Shown: in pieces, positions 1 through 11,060 of the stretch | How the letters are laid out: each line of letters begins with the position of its first letter | Numbering within the stretch: position 1 is the stretch's first letter | From: Barthelona sp. PCE | Lineage: Eukaryota | Reading direction: 5' to 3' | NCBI GenBank assembly: GCA_040285745.1 | Contig: JAUFOR010000003.1 | Span: forward strand, 1 to 64,000 | Length of the DNA: 64,000 bases | Notes under the pieces: model-generated | Told to the model about the DNA's origin: nothing | What the model saw: the letters and a program-made list of their open reading frames with translations, nothing else | The model's database searches: none | Translations under genes and position numbers: made by a program

Positions 1-463
1 CATGCAGCGGTGTTTACTGAATGCTTATGCATGTGCAATGAAGCACGTCCCAAAAGGCGGCTTACCTTCTTCAAGTCCTTACATCTGAAAGTTTATAGTA
101 TTTCAGTAAAGATAGTACACAAAAAATAAATAGGAAACCATAAAAGAATAAAATTTGGGTTGTAGTTCATCTGCAAAACACTCAAATATATCTGAAATCG
201 TACCACAACGCAGCTAAAAAGTGCCCCACAACCAAGCCAATGCCCACACGTGCCAACAATCTTACGTGTCACGCGCTACAAGCCCTGCGAACCACATCAA
301 TAAATCTGTGAGGGGATAGAATTGCGAATGCAGTTCTGTTTCACATTCTCGCTTTCTGTTTACGCTTCACGTGTATTATATCATCTTTATATGCCACGTG
401 CAAGCACTAATATTTAATATATGCAAGCTATCTTAATATTCACCTACTTCATTACAGCTATAT

Positions 464-2582
464 ATGCCCAGGGTTCGTAAATTCGAGGATGACCTTGTAA
501 TGAAGGCATATCCCGAGGGGCAGATGATATTTGAGGGAAAGGGCGTAAGATTGCTTTCATCAAGAGAAAACAAAGATATAAGCCTCATTGAAAGCGCCAT
601 TGAAGGCAAGGACTTTGTTGGGTATTTAGAGGATACGGGTGAGCCTCTTAAGTACACATCCAAATTAAAAGCTGGAGAATCTTGCATGATCATCGAACAG
701 CTTTATGATGACAATGGTATTATAACCCATTTTGATATCTTATTATTTAGTGAAATCATGAGTGCTGAACATACAAGAAGAATAATACCCTTTCCATTTC
801 CGATGATCAAATGTCTATCAAGCGGAATAATTCCGATGGATGAAAACCACCTATTATTCGCCATCAGGGAAACCGTTGATAACAGGCAGTTGATACAATG
901 CTACATATTAAATGTTATAACCTATGATTATAGATGTCTTGGAGAATATTACTCAATTTTGGTGAGAACTCCAAACTACATTTTGTTAAAGAAATGCCAA
1001 AATGATACCATATGGCATTACAATTTTTCTGCAGATGATATGGACGAGGCACATGAACCTAATATTGAGCAGTTACATGGTGTTCATTTAGAATACATCA
1101 GGTGGTGTTTGAACTCGTATTGCATTTGCTCAGTCAGGTTTCGTGATAAAGAAATTGATGAACTAATAATATTTGACAGCCAAAGGAACCAAGTTAACTT
1201 AACAGAAAGGTTTCCGCAGCTTAAAGGATTGAATATTCCAAACAGCCCAGATATGGGATTATTTGAGCTCACTCAAGATATTTTGTCAATGGTATTCATT
1301 GGTTCAAGATTCACAATAGTTCATATCGAAAACGGTGAATTGAAGATGTCAGAGGGTAAACTGAATTTTAAGAATGTACACTGCGATGACTTGAAGCATA
1401 TAGATTTGAACGATAATTCCTTTCGTGATGAAGATTGTGTTTTTTATGGCGTTGATAAAATAACAGAACGTTATGGCCCAATCAAATTCAGAGCAGTTGA
1501 TAGTGAGGTTGTGCGTTTGGCAAGCCTTGAACCAGCAGAAGTATTTTTTGATGGAATAGCGGAAGTGTATGATGATTCTTTGATAAGATGTTACTTTTTT
1601 TTTAAAGAAAGGAAGCTTATTGTGCTGCGTGGGCGTAGGAAACTGCTTTCACGTATGTGGTGCCATATCTTATCAGTTCAACCAAATGAAGCAGGTGATT
1701 TTTTTGTAATGGCAGAGGACCATGGTGAAACAAATAGATATGTCAAAATTCACTGGAATGGATCAGAATCCAAACCTGTAACAACCATTTTACCTCGTGG
1801 TTCAGAAAACTTTGGATTCATTCTAGGGTTGCCCTTAAATGTTGACTATCGTGAAGATGATACAGGCTTGGTGTATTTGGGAGAAAAGGTGATTTTGGAG
1901 CTTCCACCGAATATTTATGTTCTAAGTGTTTGCGGTCCACATTTTGATAATTCAGCATGCATTTTTTGTGATGAAGCAATCCATTTTTTTCAGCTTAATG
2001 TCAACGGGTATGACGTGGAGGTTCAAAAGCACATTGTTTTTTGAACATGGAGATTTATATGATGTTTGCTTCAACCCTCGTCCATTAACTGAAACACCTG
2101 ATCATCAGCTGTTTGTTGTACATACACGCAGTAGGGCTGCAATAACGCAACATTTACACTGTCTTGATTGGTCAACAGGAAGCTTCTTAGAGCCTGTTCT
2201 CCTTTATCAGTATTATAAGAATGAAAAAATTGAGGAAGGTCACAGTTTCCGTAATTTCGTGGGTGATTCATACATACACGTGAGGGGTGGTATCATTAAA
2301 GTATACGTTGAAGATGGTGCAATTGAAACGCATTTTTACACAAACGACAATTTACCATATTCTTCTTACATGAAGATCCACGATCCAAATCTGCCTAACA
2401 ACGTTATTCAAGACATGTCATACGAAGAGGAGACCAAGTCAATGGTGCTGAAAACTTACAATATTGAGGAAGACCCGGAATCGATCAATCCCACAGTGGA
2501 ATCGTTCCACCTTCCATCGTTCCTGGCGGAGGCTTCCATCGTTGAGTACCACATGCCCGATTATCATGAACAATGTTGTTGA
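464..2582 (+). pseudogene. Frameshifted paralog of the uncharacterised MPRxRKFEDDL...FHLPSFLAEAS family (pseudogene or homopolymer error)
   Basis: ORF 464-2044 plus the 3' part of ORF 1926-2582 align end to end with 3859-6057. The break is one extra T in the T6 run at ~2037-2042 (KHIVF|EHGD versus KHITFHHGD in the paralog). Confidence 0.8.
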
Positions 2583-2785
2583 TAGACTGAAAATCAGATA
2601 AACAAATATTCAGACTGGTGTCCAACAAACATTCTTTACTAAACAAAATAATTGTGATTTTTAAAATTGGTGTGTTCTATGTTATTCCCTTATGAGGTTA
2701 TTGTGAGTTCTGAAAGATGTTATTATGAAAATTTAGACTGCAAAAAAATAAACCTCCCTTTTCAGCATTTGAATTCGCAATTTCC

Positions 2786-3142
2786 ATGCCGGAACGCGAT
2801 TTATATGTAATGGGCACATCAGAAACTATGCTCAATTCGAGTGATGATCCAAGTTTTGACTTGTTACCAGTAGAACCTGTTCCTGTGGTTTCAAATGCAT
2901 ACCCTGAAGATCTATTCCATAATGTGAGTGAGTTGTTAGAGCTCGAATACCACATGATGCAATCGAACAGCTTAGATTTTGAAAGTAGATACAATGAATT
3001 TGCTGGATGTGTGAATCTTTCTCCTCAAGACATTGATGAAGGAACAGCAAATTATAATCAAGATAAAAAGGGCGCTTTGGGATTTTTTTTTATAGTTTTT
3101 TTCATTCTTTACTTTTGCACATTATTTTTTAATGTATTTTGA
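2786..3142 (+). CDS. Hypothetical 118-aa ORF, possibly a gene remnant
   Basis: Protein-like acidic composition for ~95 aa, then it runs into T-rich sequence. No recognisable motif. Confidence 0.25.
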   Translation: MPERDLYVMGTSETMLNSSDDPSFDLLPVEPVPVVSNAYPEDLFHNVSELLELEYHMMQSNSLDFESRYNEFAGCVNLSPQDIDEGTANYNQDKKGALGFFFIVFFILYFCTLFFNVF

Positions 3143-3858
3143 AAATATTATGTTATCAAGAAACGATGACGTAGAACTTTTCGACTTCAATTGGATACCA
3201 TGTTAACTATTGAATTTCTTATATATGGCAACAGAAGACTTGAACGATGAGGGCATTTATTTTTTAAGTTTTCTCTTTCTTGTTTACAAGGAATCATGCT
3301 CTGCGTTTTCTAAACATATGTAATGGTGCCTGAACGTTTTTTATTCGAATTTAACATTTTTTCCGCTTTAAATATTGATAGTTATTTGGTGGAAACAAAC
3401 GCATGTATGGTAAGCCAGCCTGTATTATTTTTATTCTTATTTGTACCATGGACTTACTGAACATCAAACCGGTGGTTGATGCTTAAAGGAATGATAACAT
3501 TCTAAAATGAAATACATAAAGACCATCTCGTCACATATTCATGATATACTAGATACACTAGATACGTGAACATGATAATTTTAGTTCTCCTGAATACACT
3601 GTAGAGATTACTTTTGATAAAAATGTCTCCGAAACATTAATTATTTTTCTAAAAAATAAATACAAAATAGCAATAAGAAGTTCAATAATCATTATTATCT
3701 GAGCAGTAGTTAATGATAATTGATCCCTATCGTCCAGGGGTCAAGCTTTACAATAAAATTGAATCTTTAAATCTTCACATAGAATTGGTAAGTAATCAAT
3801 ATATTCTTAAACTGCTATCTCTTTTTACACTTGTTTCATCACGGCAAACTACTTTTAT

Positions 3859-6057
3859 ATGCCTCGTATCCGTAAATTCGAGGATGACCTTATCATCGGG
3901 GCCTTTCCCGAGGGGCAAATTATTTTTGAAGGTCAGGGTGTTAGAATGGTCAAAACTAGAGAAGACACTCATTTACACAATCTCATTGATGCTGTTGATG
4001 GGGAAGAATTTTGTGGATATGTTGAAGAAACGTGTGAATCACTTCAGTATTATTACAAGCGAAAAGCTGGAGCAGGATATATGATCGTTGAACAGCATTT
4101 TAGCGAAAATAATCGATTAACTGATCTTGAAATCCTGTATTTCAACGAAATTAACAGTGATGAACACACAAACAGAAAGATTCGTTTCCCTTTTGATGAT
4201 TTGGATAATTTACATAAATATGTATCGAGCGAATTTGTTCCATTAGATGAGAACCACATTTTTTTTTCTATTGCAGAGGTTGATGAAGAACACCAGAATG
4301 GAGAATCGACTCATTGTTACATTCTCAATATTCTAACAGAACAGTACAGGTGCCTTGGAGAGTACTACCATTACTCCACCAACAGCAATTGTTCCATTGA
4401 ATATGTATTGATGAGCAATTATGAAAATGATTTTTCAATATTTCACTACAATTTCTGCGTAGATGATATGGACGAGGCTCATGAGCCGGATATCGTACAG
4501 CTAGAAGGTGTTCATAATCAAAACTGTATAGGATGTGACAATGCTGAATGTGTTTGTTTTGCCTCATTTGGCAGAGGATTTGAAGAATTGATCATTTTTG
4601 ACCGTAAACGAAACCGTGTTGACCTATTGGAAAGATTCCCACAGTTACTAGAGTTGAAAATATCTTACTGTTCTTGTTTTTCCTTGTTCACATTGACACA
4701 AGATGAATTTTCTGCGCTTTTCTATAATAGCTCTATTTGTACTGTTGTTCATATTGAAAACGGGGAGCTTAAGTCGTCAACTGGTGATTTATGCAGTGAA
4801 TATATTCAATTTGATAATATAAAACACCTTGACTTGGCGAATTCTTTTCATAATGAACAATGCCAGTTTTTAGGAACTTGTAATGCAACGGGTGTTTTTG
4901 GTCCTATAAAGTTTAGAAATGTCAATAACGAGGTGATTCGATTGCAAAATTTTTGGCCTCACAGAGTTATGTATGATGGTACAGCACATTTTACAGACAG
5001 CACTATGAAAAGACAGTGTTACTTTTACTTCAAAGAAAAAAGAATCGTCACACATAAAAGCGTTATGACTAACGATAGTTTAATGTTCGAAAAGAATTAC
5101 AGAGAACTATCGATGCACCCATTTGAGGAAGAGCATTTCTTTATGATTGCACAGTGTGATGCAAGACCAGATGCTCCAGAAATAGTTAAAATACACTGGG
5201 AAGGCTCAGAATCAAAACCAATAATAACTCCTTTTGAAAATGATGGCTTTTTGAGTTATGTTAGCTTAGTTCTTGGGTTACCATTTTTTATTGAGTATAA
5301 TGAAAATGTTTGTCAAGGTTATATTGGTAATACAAAAGTTTTGGAGCTTCCACCAAATGAGTACATAAATGATTGCAAGCCTTCAGTCACTGGAAGTTCT
5401 GTGTGTGTTAGTTGTACTAATTCAACACATTTTTTACAATTGCTGATCAATAATAATGATGTTGAGGTTCAAAAGCACATCACTTTTCATCATGGCGATG
5501 ATGTTTCGAATGTATTCTACTGTCATCATCCATTAACAGATACAGCTGACCACCAGCTCTTTGTTACATATAAATACAATAATGATGGTGAGGAACAGTA
5601 TTTGCATTGTTTAGATTGGTCAACAGGAAATTTTTTGGAACCCGTTTTGATATATAAATATTCAGATGATGGTGAAATGGATGAAGAATTCTTGGAAGGT
5701 AACTGTTTCTTTAATTTCATAGGTGATTCGTACATTCAAGTAGATCAAGGTATTAATAAGGTATCCATTGTTAATGGCGTTATTGAAATGCGATTTTTTA
5801 CAAATACTTTCTTACCAAATATTGGCAACGATATTCACAGCGTAAATATGCCTAATAACGTTGTTCAGGAAGTTATTTACGAAGAAGAAACCAAGACAAT
5901 GGTGTTGAAAACATACAACGTTGAGCAAGACCCAGAATCAACGAATCCCACTGTGGAAAGGTTTCACCTTCCTTCGTTCCTGGCCGAGGCTTCCGTTGTT
6001 GAGTACCATATGCCCAACTATCATTCACAGACAAATAATGAAGCAGAATTTTTATAA
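3859..6057 (+). CDS. Uncharacterised 732-aa protein of a lineage-specific paralogous family
   Basis: Long intact ORF, collinear with 464-2582 (shared YRCLGEYY, DDMDEAHEP, KIHWxGSESKP, LHCLDWSTG, FHLPSFLAEAS). No signal peptide or TM segment. Confidence 0.85.
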   Translation: MPRIRKFEDDLIIGAFPEGQIIFEGQGVRMVKTREDTHLHNLIDAVDGEEFCGYVEETCESLQYYYKRKAGAGYMIVEQHFSENNRLTDLEILYFNEINSDEHTNRKIRFPFDDLDNLHKYVSSEFVPLDENHIFFSIAEVDEEHQNGESTHCYILNILTEQYRCLGEYYHYSTNSNCSIEYVLMSNYENDFSIFHYNFCVDDMDEAHEPDIVQLEGVHNQNCIGCDNAECVCFASFGRGFEELIIFDRKRNRVDLLERFPQLLELKISYCSCFSLFTLTQDEFSALFYNSSICTVVHIENGELKSSTGDLCSEYIQFDNIKHLDLANSFHNEQCQFLGTCNATGVFGPIKFRNVNNEVIRLQNFWPHRVMYDGTAHFTDSTMKRQCYFYFKEKRIVTHKSVMTNDSLMFEKNYRELSMHPFEEEHFFMIAQCDARPDAPEIVKIHWEGSESKPIITPFENDGFLSYVSLVLGLPFFIEYNENVCQGYIGNTKVLELPPNEYINDCKPSVTGSSVCVSCTNSTHFLQLLINNNDVEVQKHITFHHGDDVSNVFYCHHPLTDTADHQLFVTYKYNNDGEEQYLHCLDWSTGNFLEPVLIYKYSDDGEMDEEFLEGNCFFNFIGDSYIQVDQGINKVSIVNGVIEMRFFTNTFLPNIGNDIHSVNMPNNVVQEVIYEEETKTMVLKTYNVEQDPESTNPTVERFHLPSFLAEASVVEYHMPNYHSQTNNEAEFL

Positions 6058-6113
6058 ACAAATATGTTTATTATTTGTTCAGCACAGTTTTGTTGCAAAG
6101 TAAAAATTAATAA

Positions 6114-6960
6114 TGACTTCACAAGGGCTGAGTTCTCTCGGATACATGCATGTTTACTGACAGATATCTAGTTGGATGGCGTGAATAAGTTCCTAAGCTC
6201 GAGGTCGGGTAATTGAGTTCCCACCCCATAAAAAATAGTGACTTCACAGGGGCTGAGTTCTCTCGGATACATGCATGTTTACTGACAGATATCTAGTTGG
6301 ATGGCGTGAATAAGTTCCTAAGCTCGAGGTCGGGTAATTGAGTTCCCACCCCATAAAAAATAGTAAAAAAAGAGAAATCCGGAATGTACGATAAAGGGCG
6401 TAATTCGGACAGCACATTCATGAGTCACAGATTCACTCTGCCATGAGTTCCGTCAACCACATGCTTCCATCATTCAACAAATAAGTTCCTAAGCTCGAGG
6501 TCGGGTAATTGAGTTCCCACCCCATAAAAAATAGTAAAAAAGAGAAATCCGGAATGTACGATAATGACTTCACAGGGGCTGAGTTCTCTCGGATACATGC
6601 ATGTTTACTGACAGATATCTAGTTGGATGGCGTGAATAAGTTCCTAAGCTCGAGGTCGGGTAATTGAGTTCCCACCCCATAAAAAATAGTAAAAAAGAGA
6701 AATCCGGAATGTACGATAAAGGGCGTAATTCGGACAGCACATTCATGAGTCACAGATTCACTCTGCCATGAGTTCCGTCAACCACATGCTTCCATCATTC
6801 AACAAGGACGTAATTCGGACAGCACATTCATGAGTCACAGATTCACTCTGCCATGAGTTCCGTCAACCACATGCTTCCATCATTCAACATGAGTTCCGTC
6901 AACCACATGCTTCCATCATTCAACAAGTTCCGTCAACCACATGCTTCCATCATTCAACAA
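6114..6960. repeat. Modular non-coding repeat array built from five blocks (a-e) of a ~245-bp master sequence
   Basis: Near-identical blocks: a=TGACTTCAC...GGCGTG, b=AATAAGTTCC...AAAAAATAGT, c=AAAAAAGAGAAATCCGGAATGTACGATA, d=AAGGGCGTAATTCGG...CTCTGCC, e=ATGAGTTCCGTC...CATTCAACAA. Order: ab-abcde-bc-abcde-de-e-e'. Confidence 0.95.
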
Positions 6961-7007
6961 AAAAGACAAAAAAATTAAGCAGGCAAAAAAAAATGAGATG
7001 AAAAATA

Positions 7008-7081
7008 TACCCCTTGAGGGGATCGAACCCCCGACCGACGGATTAAGAGTCCGTCGCTCTACCAAACTGAGCTAAAGAGGC
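7008..7081 (-). tRNA. trnK-CTT: tRNA-Lys (anticodon CTT)
   Basis: Reverse complement GCCTCTTTAGCTCAGTTTGGTAGAGCGACGGACTCTTAATCCGTCGGTCGGGGGTTCGATCCCCTCAAGGGGTA folds as a cloverleaf with anticodon loop CTCTTAA, and is followed by T-runs (Pol III terminator). Confidence 0.97.
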
Positions 7082-7940
7082 ATCATTTTGACAGAAAATT
7101 TGCAACTAAAGTTTAAAGTTTCATGCTGGTTATTCACAATTACCGGCATAGTTTTTCTCGTCCATCTCATGTAATTAAGGGTGAAATATGTTAAAAATAG
7201 TTGTGTAATCAATCGTAAGAGACCCACAGTTAGTTAAAAATAATTAATTAGTTTTAGTTTTTTAAAAAATTTTTACAACCCTTAAATTAATTTATACAGC
7301 TTAATCATATACATATACATGATTACTGTTCTATATGTGACTTGAAAGCACTATTTGAAAATTAATGTTAATGAATATTGCATACCGGCGATCCCCTTTG
7401 TGAAGTATTTGTCTGAAATGCCGACGAGGTGTGCTGTTGATCACAATTACAATCCAAAGGGTCTTACACTATGCTCTTGAATGGCAGAGAAATCTGAATA
7501 CACATTAACAATTTCGATTTTCATTTTTGACTCGTATGCCTTATATATACTTGAAAAAGAAAGTTGTGAATAACGCAGGAGGTCCAAAAAGTGTGTGTTT
7601 GCTACTAATGTTTGGGAATAATTTGTAAGGATATATAAGTGACACTTTTCAGGCATTGGTTTACATAAGAACACAGATCTGATGTGGAATTGCCAGCATA
7701 CATATGTGAGTTTGTAAAGAGCGTTTAAAAATTCAATCTATGCTTTACAAGAACAAAATTGCTAATACTTTTCCAACCCTTTTCCATAACAGTTCTAAAA
7801 CTTGTTTAAATATCTGAGTAGACAATATGGGCAAAAAGAATGAATTCGTTAACAATATAAGATGAAGTTTAGAGGAAATATTAACGATGAAGAGGAATAA
7901 CGATAAAATTTAACATAACAATGTTGATTTAAACCTAATA

Positions 7941-8467
7941 ATGACTGAAATTTGTAATGAAATTACTATAAGAAACCCTAAAGATGAATTACATTTTAGT
8001 GCTTTAGACTTCTTTAAAGAACATATTGACACGCTTGAGCCTCGCAAGGATGGGCAATTTTCGTTGCCTCAATCCGCCGTTTCCCCATTTGGCAAGTATT
8101 CAAGCAAACAAAATCAAATAGGCGTGATTTATGTAGATTCGAGTGATTTCAGTACAATATCTGATGATCTCAACTTTTTTGTAACCCAGGAAGCGAACAT
8201 CAAGTAATTTGTTTGATATTATAAAATCTGGATCCGATGATTATATACAACATTCTTTACTGGTTGAAAGTGATGATGAAAGTGGGTTTAAAGAATTTGA
8301 TGGGGTATCATAGTTCACTTTCATGTTTGGAGGATCCAATTTTACTATTACTAGAACAATTGAATAGTATTTTATCTTCATGTGTTTTGACAATAATTGC
8401 ACACCATATTCGATTCGAGTATATGTTGAAAATCCGTTTGACCTCTATCATTACCATTTGCAATGAT
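7941..8467 (+). pseudogene. Degenerate gene remnant
   Basis: The 88-aa ORF 7941-8207 is followed in a shifted frame by protein-like sequence (NLFDIIKSGSDDYIQHSLLVESDDESGFKEFDGVS*) interrupted by stops. Confidence 0.3.
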
Positions 8468-8741
8468 AAAACTCGCTGTAAACTCATTTGAATTTTTTCC
8501 TCCCTTTTACGTTTTTGCCATTTAACATTTACCATTGTAGGTTGTAGGATTTTGCACCGGGGCTATGTTTGTTGAGATGACGCATTGATTTTAGCATTCC
8601 ACATCATTTTTTCATAAAAAATTTTGTTTAAGGATTTACACAGTCTACGAAGTATGATCTATGATGGCAAGTTGATCTCATGTTGCCGAACTACACTTTT
8701 TTGTTCTTACAGTGTGAGCACAAAGAAAAAAAGTTTGAGAA

Positions 8742-8865
8742 TAGGATTTCAGGACCTACCCCAAAAACCGTGGATCTTTAGATGTAAACTGTTGGCATAC
8801 TGGGTGTATTTCAGACTGACTTTGACATAAAAGCTCTAACATAAAGAGAACATTTTGGATCTACT
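8742..8865 (+). repeat. Left terminal inverted repeat (124 bp)
   Basis: TAGGATTTCAGGACC...GGATCTACT is the exact reverse complement of 12682-12805. Confidence 0.97.
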
Positions 8866-8921
8866 ACCAACTGCTATGTGCTTTCATTTTTTTTACCACA
8901 TTTTATTTATATATAATTACA

Positions 8922-11060
8922 ATGATAAGTAGATGCAGTGAATCAATCAATCTACCACTTGGCGCAATTACTGAAGTGGTAGAACAGCCACGAGAGCACC
9001 AAAATAACTTGTATGTTGAGATTACAACCAAAAATGAAGGTCAGCACCGTGTATCTTGCCGGTATACTGTCTCTGGTGGTATTTATGCAACGAATGCAGA
9101 CTTCAATTCGGAGAAATATTATATTTTCGCCCATCAAGATAGTGTTGATCTCTACAACCACCAAATCAGAGAATCTGGCTTCAAACTTGGTGAAGGATGC
9201 TTGACAAAAGCTCAGGGTCAGATGTGTGGTTTAAACATATTCACAGGGAAAATTTGGATACATCAGCTGGATTTAATGGAACAGACAAGGATTATAAGAT
9301 CTTTACGTACTGAAAGAAATCATATAATTAAAAGGAGCTTCCTCCCAGATGAATATATTAACAGAATTTTGTTGGATAAATATACACAGGGAGAACTTGA
9401 GCGACAAAAACCGCCATACAAAAACCATCCATCCAATCGACCCTTCATCACCAGTTCACAATACAAAAAGCTGTTTGATTCGGGCGATTTCAGAAAGAAC
9501 GGGGCATGGTTGGAATGCACAGATTTAAAGACAATTGAAAACTCATTATATGTTGAAAAATCCGGTATTTCTCCTCTAACTGTGTGCAAAATTTCTGTAA
9601 TGCTTCCCGGAAACTTAGCCACGTCTGAACCAATGGGTTCTAGGGCATACAACGTCAGAAAATTGAGTTTGAATGAAATTAAAAGACGATATAACCTTTC
9701 CGTACAGAGTGAATTCAAGAATTTCATTCAATATCACGATAAGGTGATACATCCATTCATTTTGAAAACGTTAATACATTCAATGAAAAAGCAAGCAGAT
9801 TTTTTTAAAGTACCAACTGTCGGTAGCTTTCAGTATGACGCATCCAGTGATAAGTACCAAGCGTACCTTATTAACTTTAGCGTTCCAAAAGATTTATCTA
9901 TTTCGCTTATGGAGGGCAGTATATTCAATGAGGACTTTCCCATGATCGATATTGATCACAAATTTTGTACCTTGTCTGAGCATTTGAATAGCTTACGTGG
10001 TAAGACTATCGTTTTTGATATTGGTGATTGCGAATACACGAATATCGATGATCATACCACCCCCAGTGACCAGTTGCCTGAAGGGCAGCGCTACTTTACG
10101 CATGTGAGGAAGGATTATGGCAAGCGAGCACAGGATGTTTCCTATCATATACTCTCAGCTTTCAAGCGCCATGGTGTTATTGATTCGTTCACGATCATCG
10201 AGAAAAAGTACAATAATTGTTGGAGATTACACGACTGTATAATCGATATGGGAGATACTAAGCTCAAGATTGTTCTTGGAACTGACAATGGGTTACCTGA
10301 GCAGCTTGCCTGTCAGAAGATGGTGGATGCCTGTCTTTATTTTTCTCGTCAGCCATGTACCTGTCATGTTATGAACAAGGCTTTAGCCAAAACATGTGGT
10401 TTTGAGGCAATTGATACTTTAGTTGCAGCTGAATTAGTTTTTGATAGCCTTTATGATTTTATGAATACTTATTCAGATCACCAGTGGCAGGATAGACTAT
10501 CAGACATCGGATCAATCCCTAATAGGGCTGTCAAGAAGCTTTACAAGCAGCTTGAAGGCAAACAGTTATTCACTAATCGCTGTATAGCACGCTCCCCCCT
10601 GGTTAGGCTATCCTCTGTGGTGCAACTCAATAAGACCCATGAGTTGTTTGAGGATGTTCCAGATAATGCTTCGATTGAAGAAGTAGATGATGAGACCTTC
10701 TCTAGTATTGTGTATGATACCAATGAGAATTTTAAGAATGAAGCGCTGCTCTTCATGTTTGCATATGTATCGTATTTTGAGTCATCATGTGTCGATTTTT
10801 TGAACCAGCATCAGAATTACAAATTTTTAGATATTCAAAAGTTTGTCAATAACATCGTTGGTTATGAGGCAAGGGGGAGATCTTCACAGAACAGGGAGCA
10901 GCCGTCATTTCAAGAAACAGTGCCCAACTACAGCAACTTTACCTACCATCTCACATTAACACCGTTATACGATTATGCCAAGCAGATACAGCAACAAAAG
11001 CAGTACTTGAAGACATTTGCTGGTATTCAGACCATTTTAAGTGCTGAAATCATGCTTTAG
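8922..11060 (+). CDS. hAT transposase, N-terminal part (ORF1, 712 aa)
   Basis: Candidate catalytic Asp in IVFDIGD and LGTDNG, followed by the hAT CxxH motif (PCTCHVMN). Lies inside the TIRs. Confidence 0.75.
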   Translation: MISRCSESINLPLGAITEVVEQPREHQNNLYVEITTKNEGQHRVSCRYTVSGGIYATNADFNSEKYYIFAHQDSVDLYNHQIRESGFKLGEGCLTKAQGQMCGLNIFTGKIWIHQLDLMEQTRIIRSLRTERNHIIKRSFLPDEYINRILLDKYTQGELERQKPPYKNHPSNRPFITSSQYKKLFDSGDFRKNGAWLECTDLKTIENSLYVEKSGISPLTVCKISVMLPGNLATSEPMGSRAYNVRKLSLNEIKRRYNLSVQSEFKNFIQYHDKVIHPFILKTLIHSMKKQADFFKVPTVGSFQYDASSDKYQAYLINFSVPKDLSISLMEGSIFNEDFPMIDIDHKFCTLSEHLNSLRGKTIVFDIGDCEYTNIDDHTTPSDQLPEGQRYFTHVRKDYGKRAQDVSYHILSAFKRHGVIDSFTIIEKKYNNCWRLHDCIIDMGDTKLKIVLGTDNGLPEQLACQKMVDACLYFSRQPCTCHVMNKALAKTCGFEAIDTLVAAELVFDSLYDFMNTYSDHQWQDRLSDIGSIPNRAVKKLYKQLEGKQLFTNRCIARSPLVRLSSVVQLNKTHELFEDVPDNASIEEVDDETFSSIVYDTNENFKNEALLFMFAYVSYFESSCVDFLNQHQNYKFLDIQKFVNNIVGYEARGRSSQNREQPSFQETVPNYSNFTYHLTLTPLYDYAKQIQQQKQYLKTFAGIQTILSAEIML

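Noticed and set aside
6114-6960. Repeat array as a CRISPR array
   Set aside because: There are no unique spacers (every block is itself repeated), no cas genes, and the context is eukaryotic.
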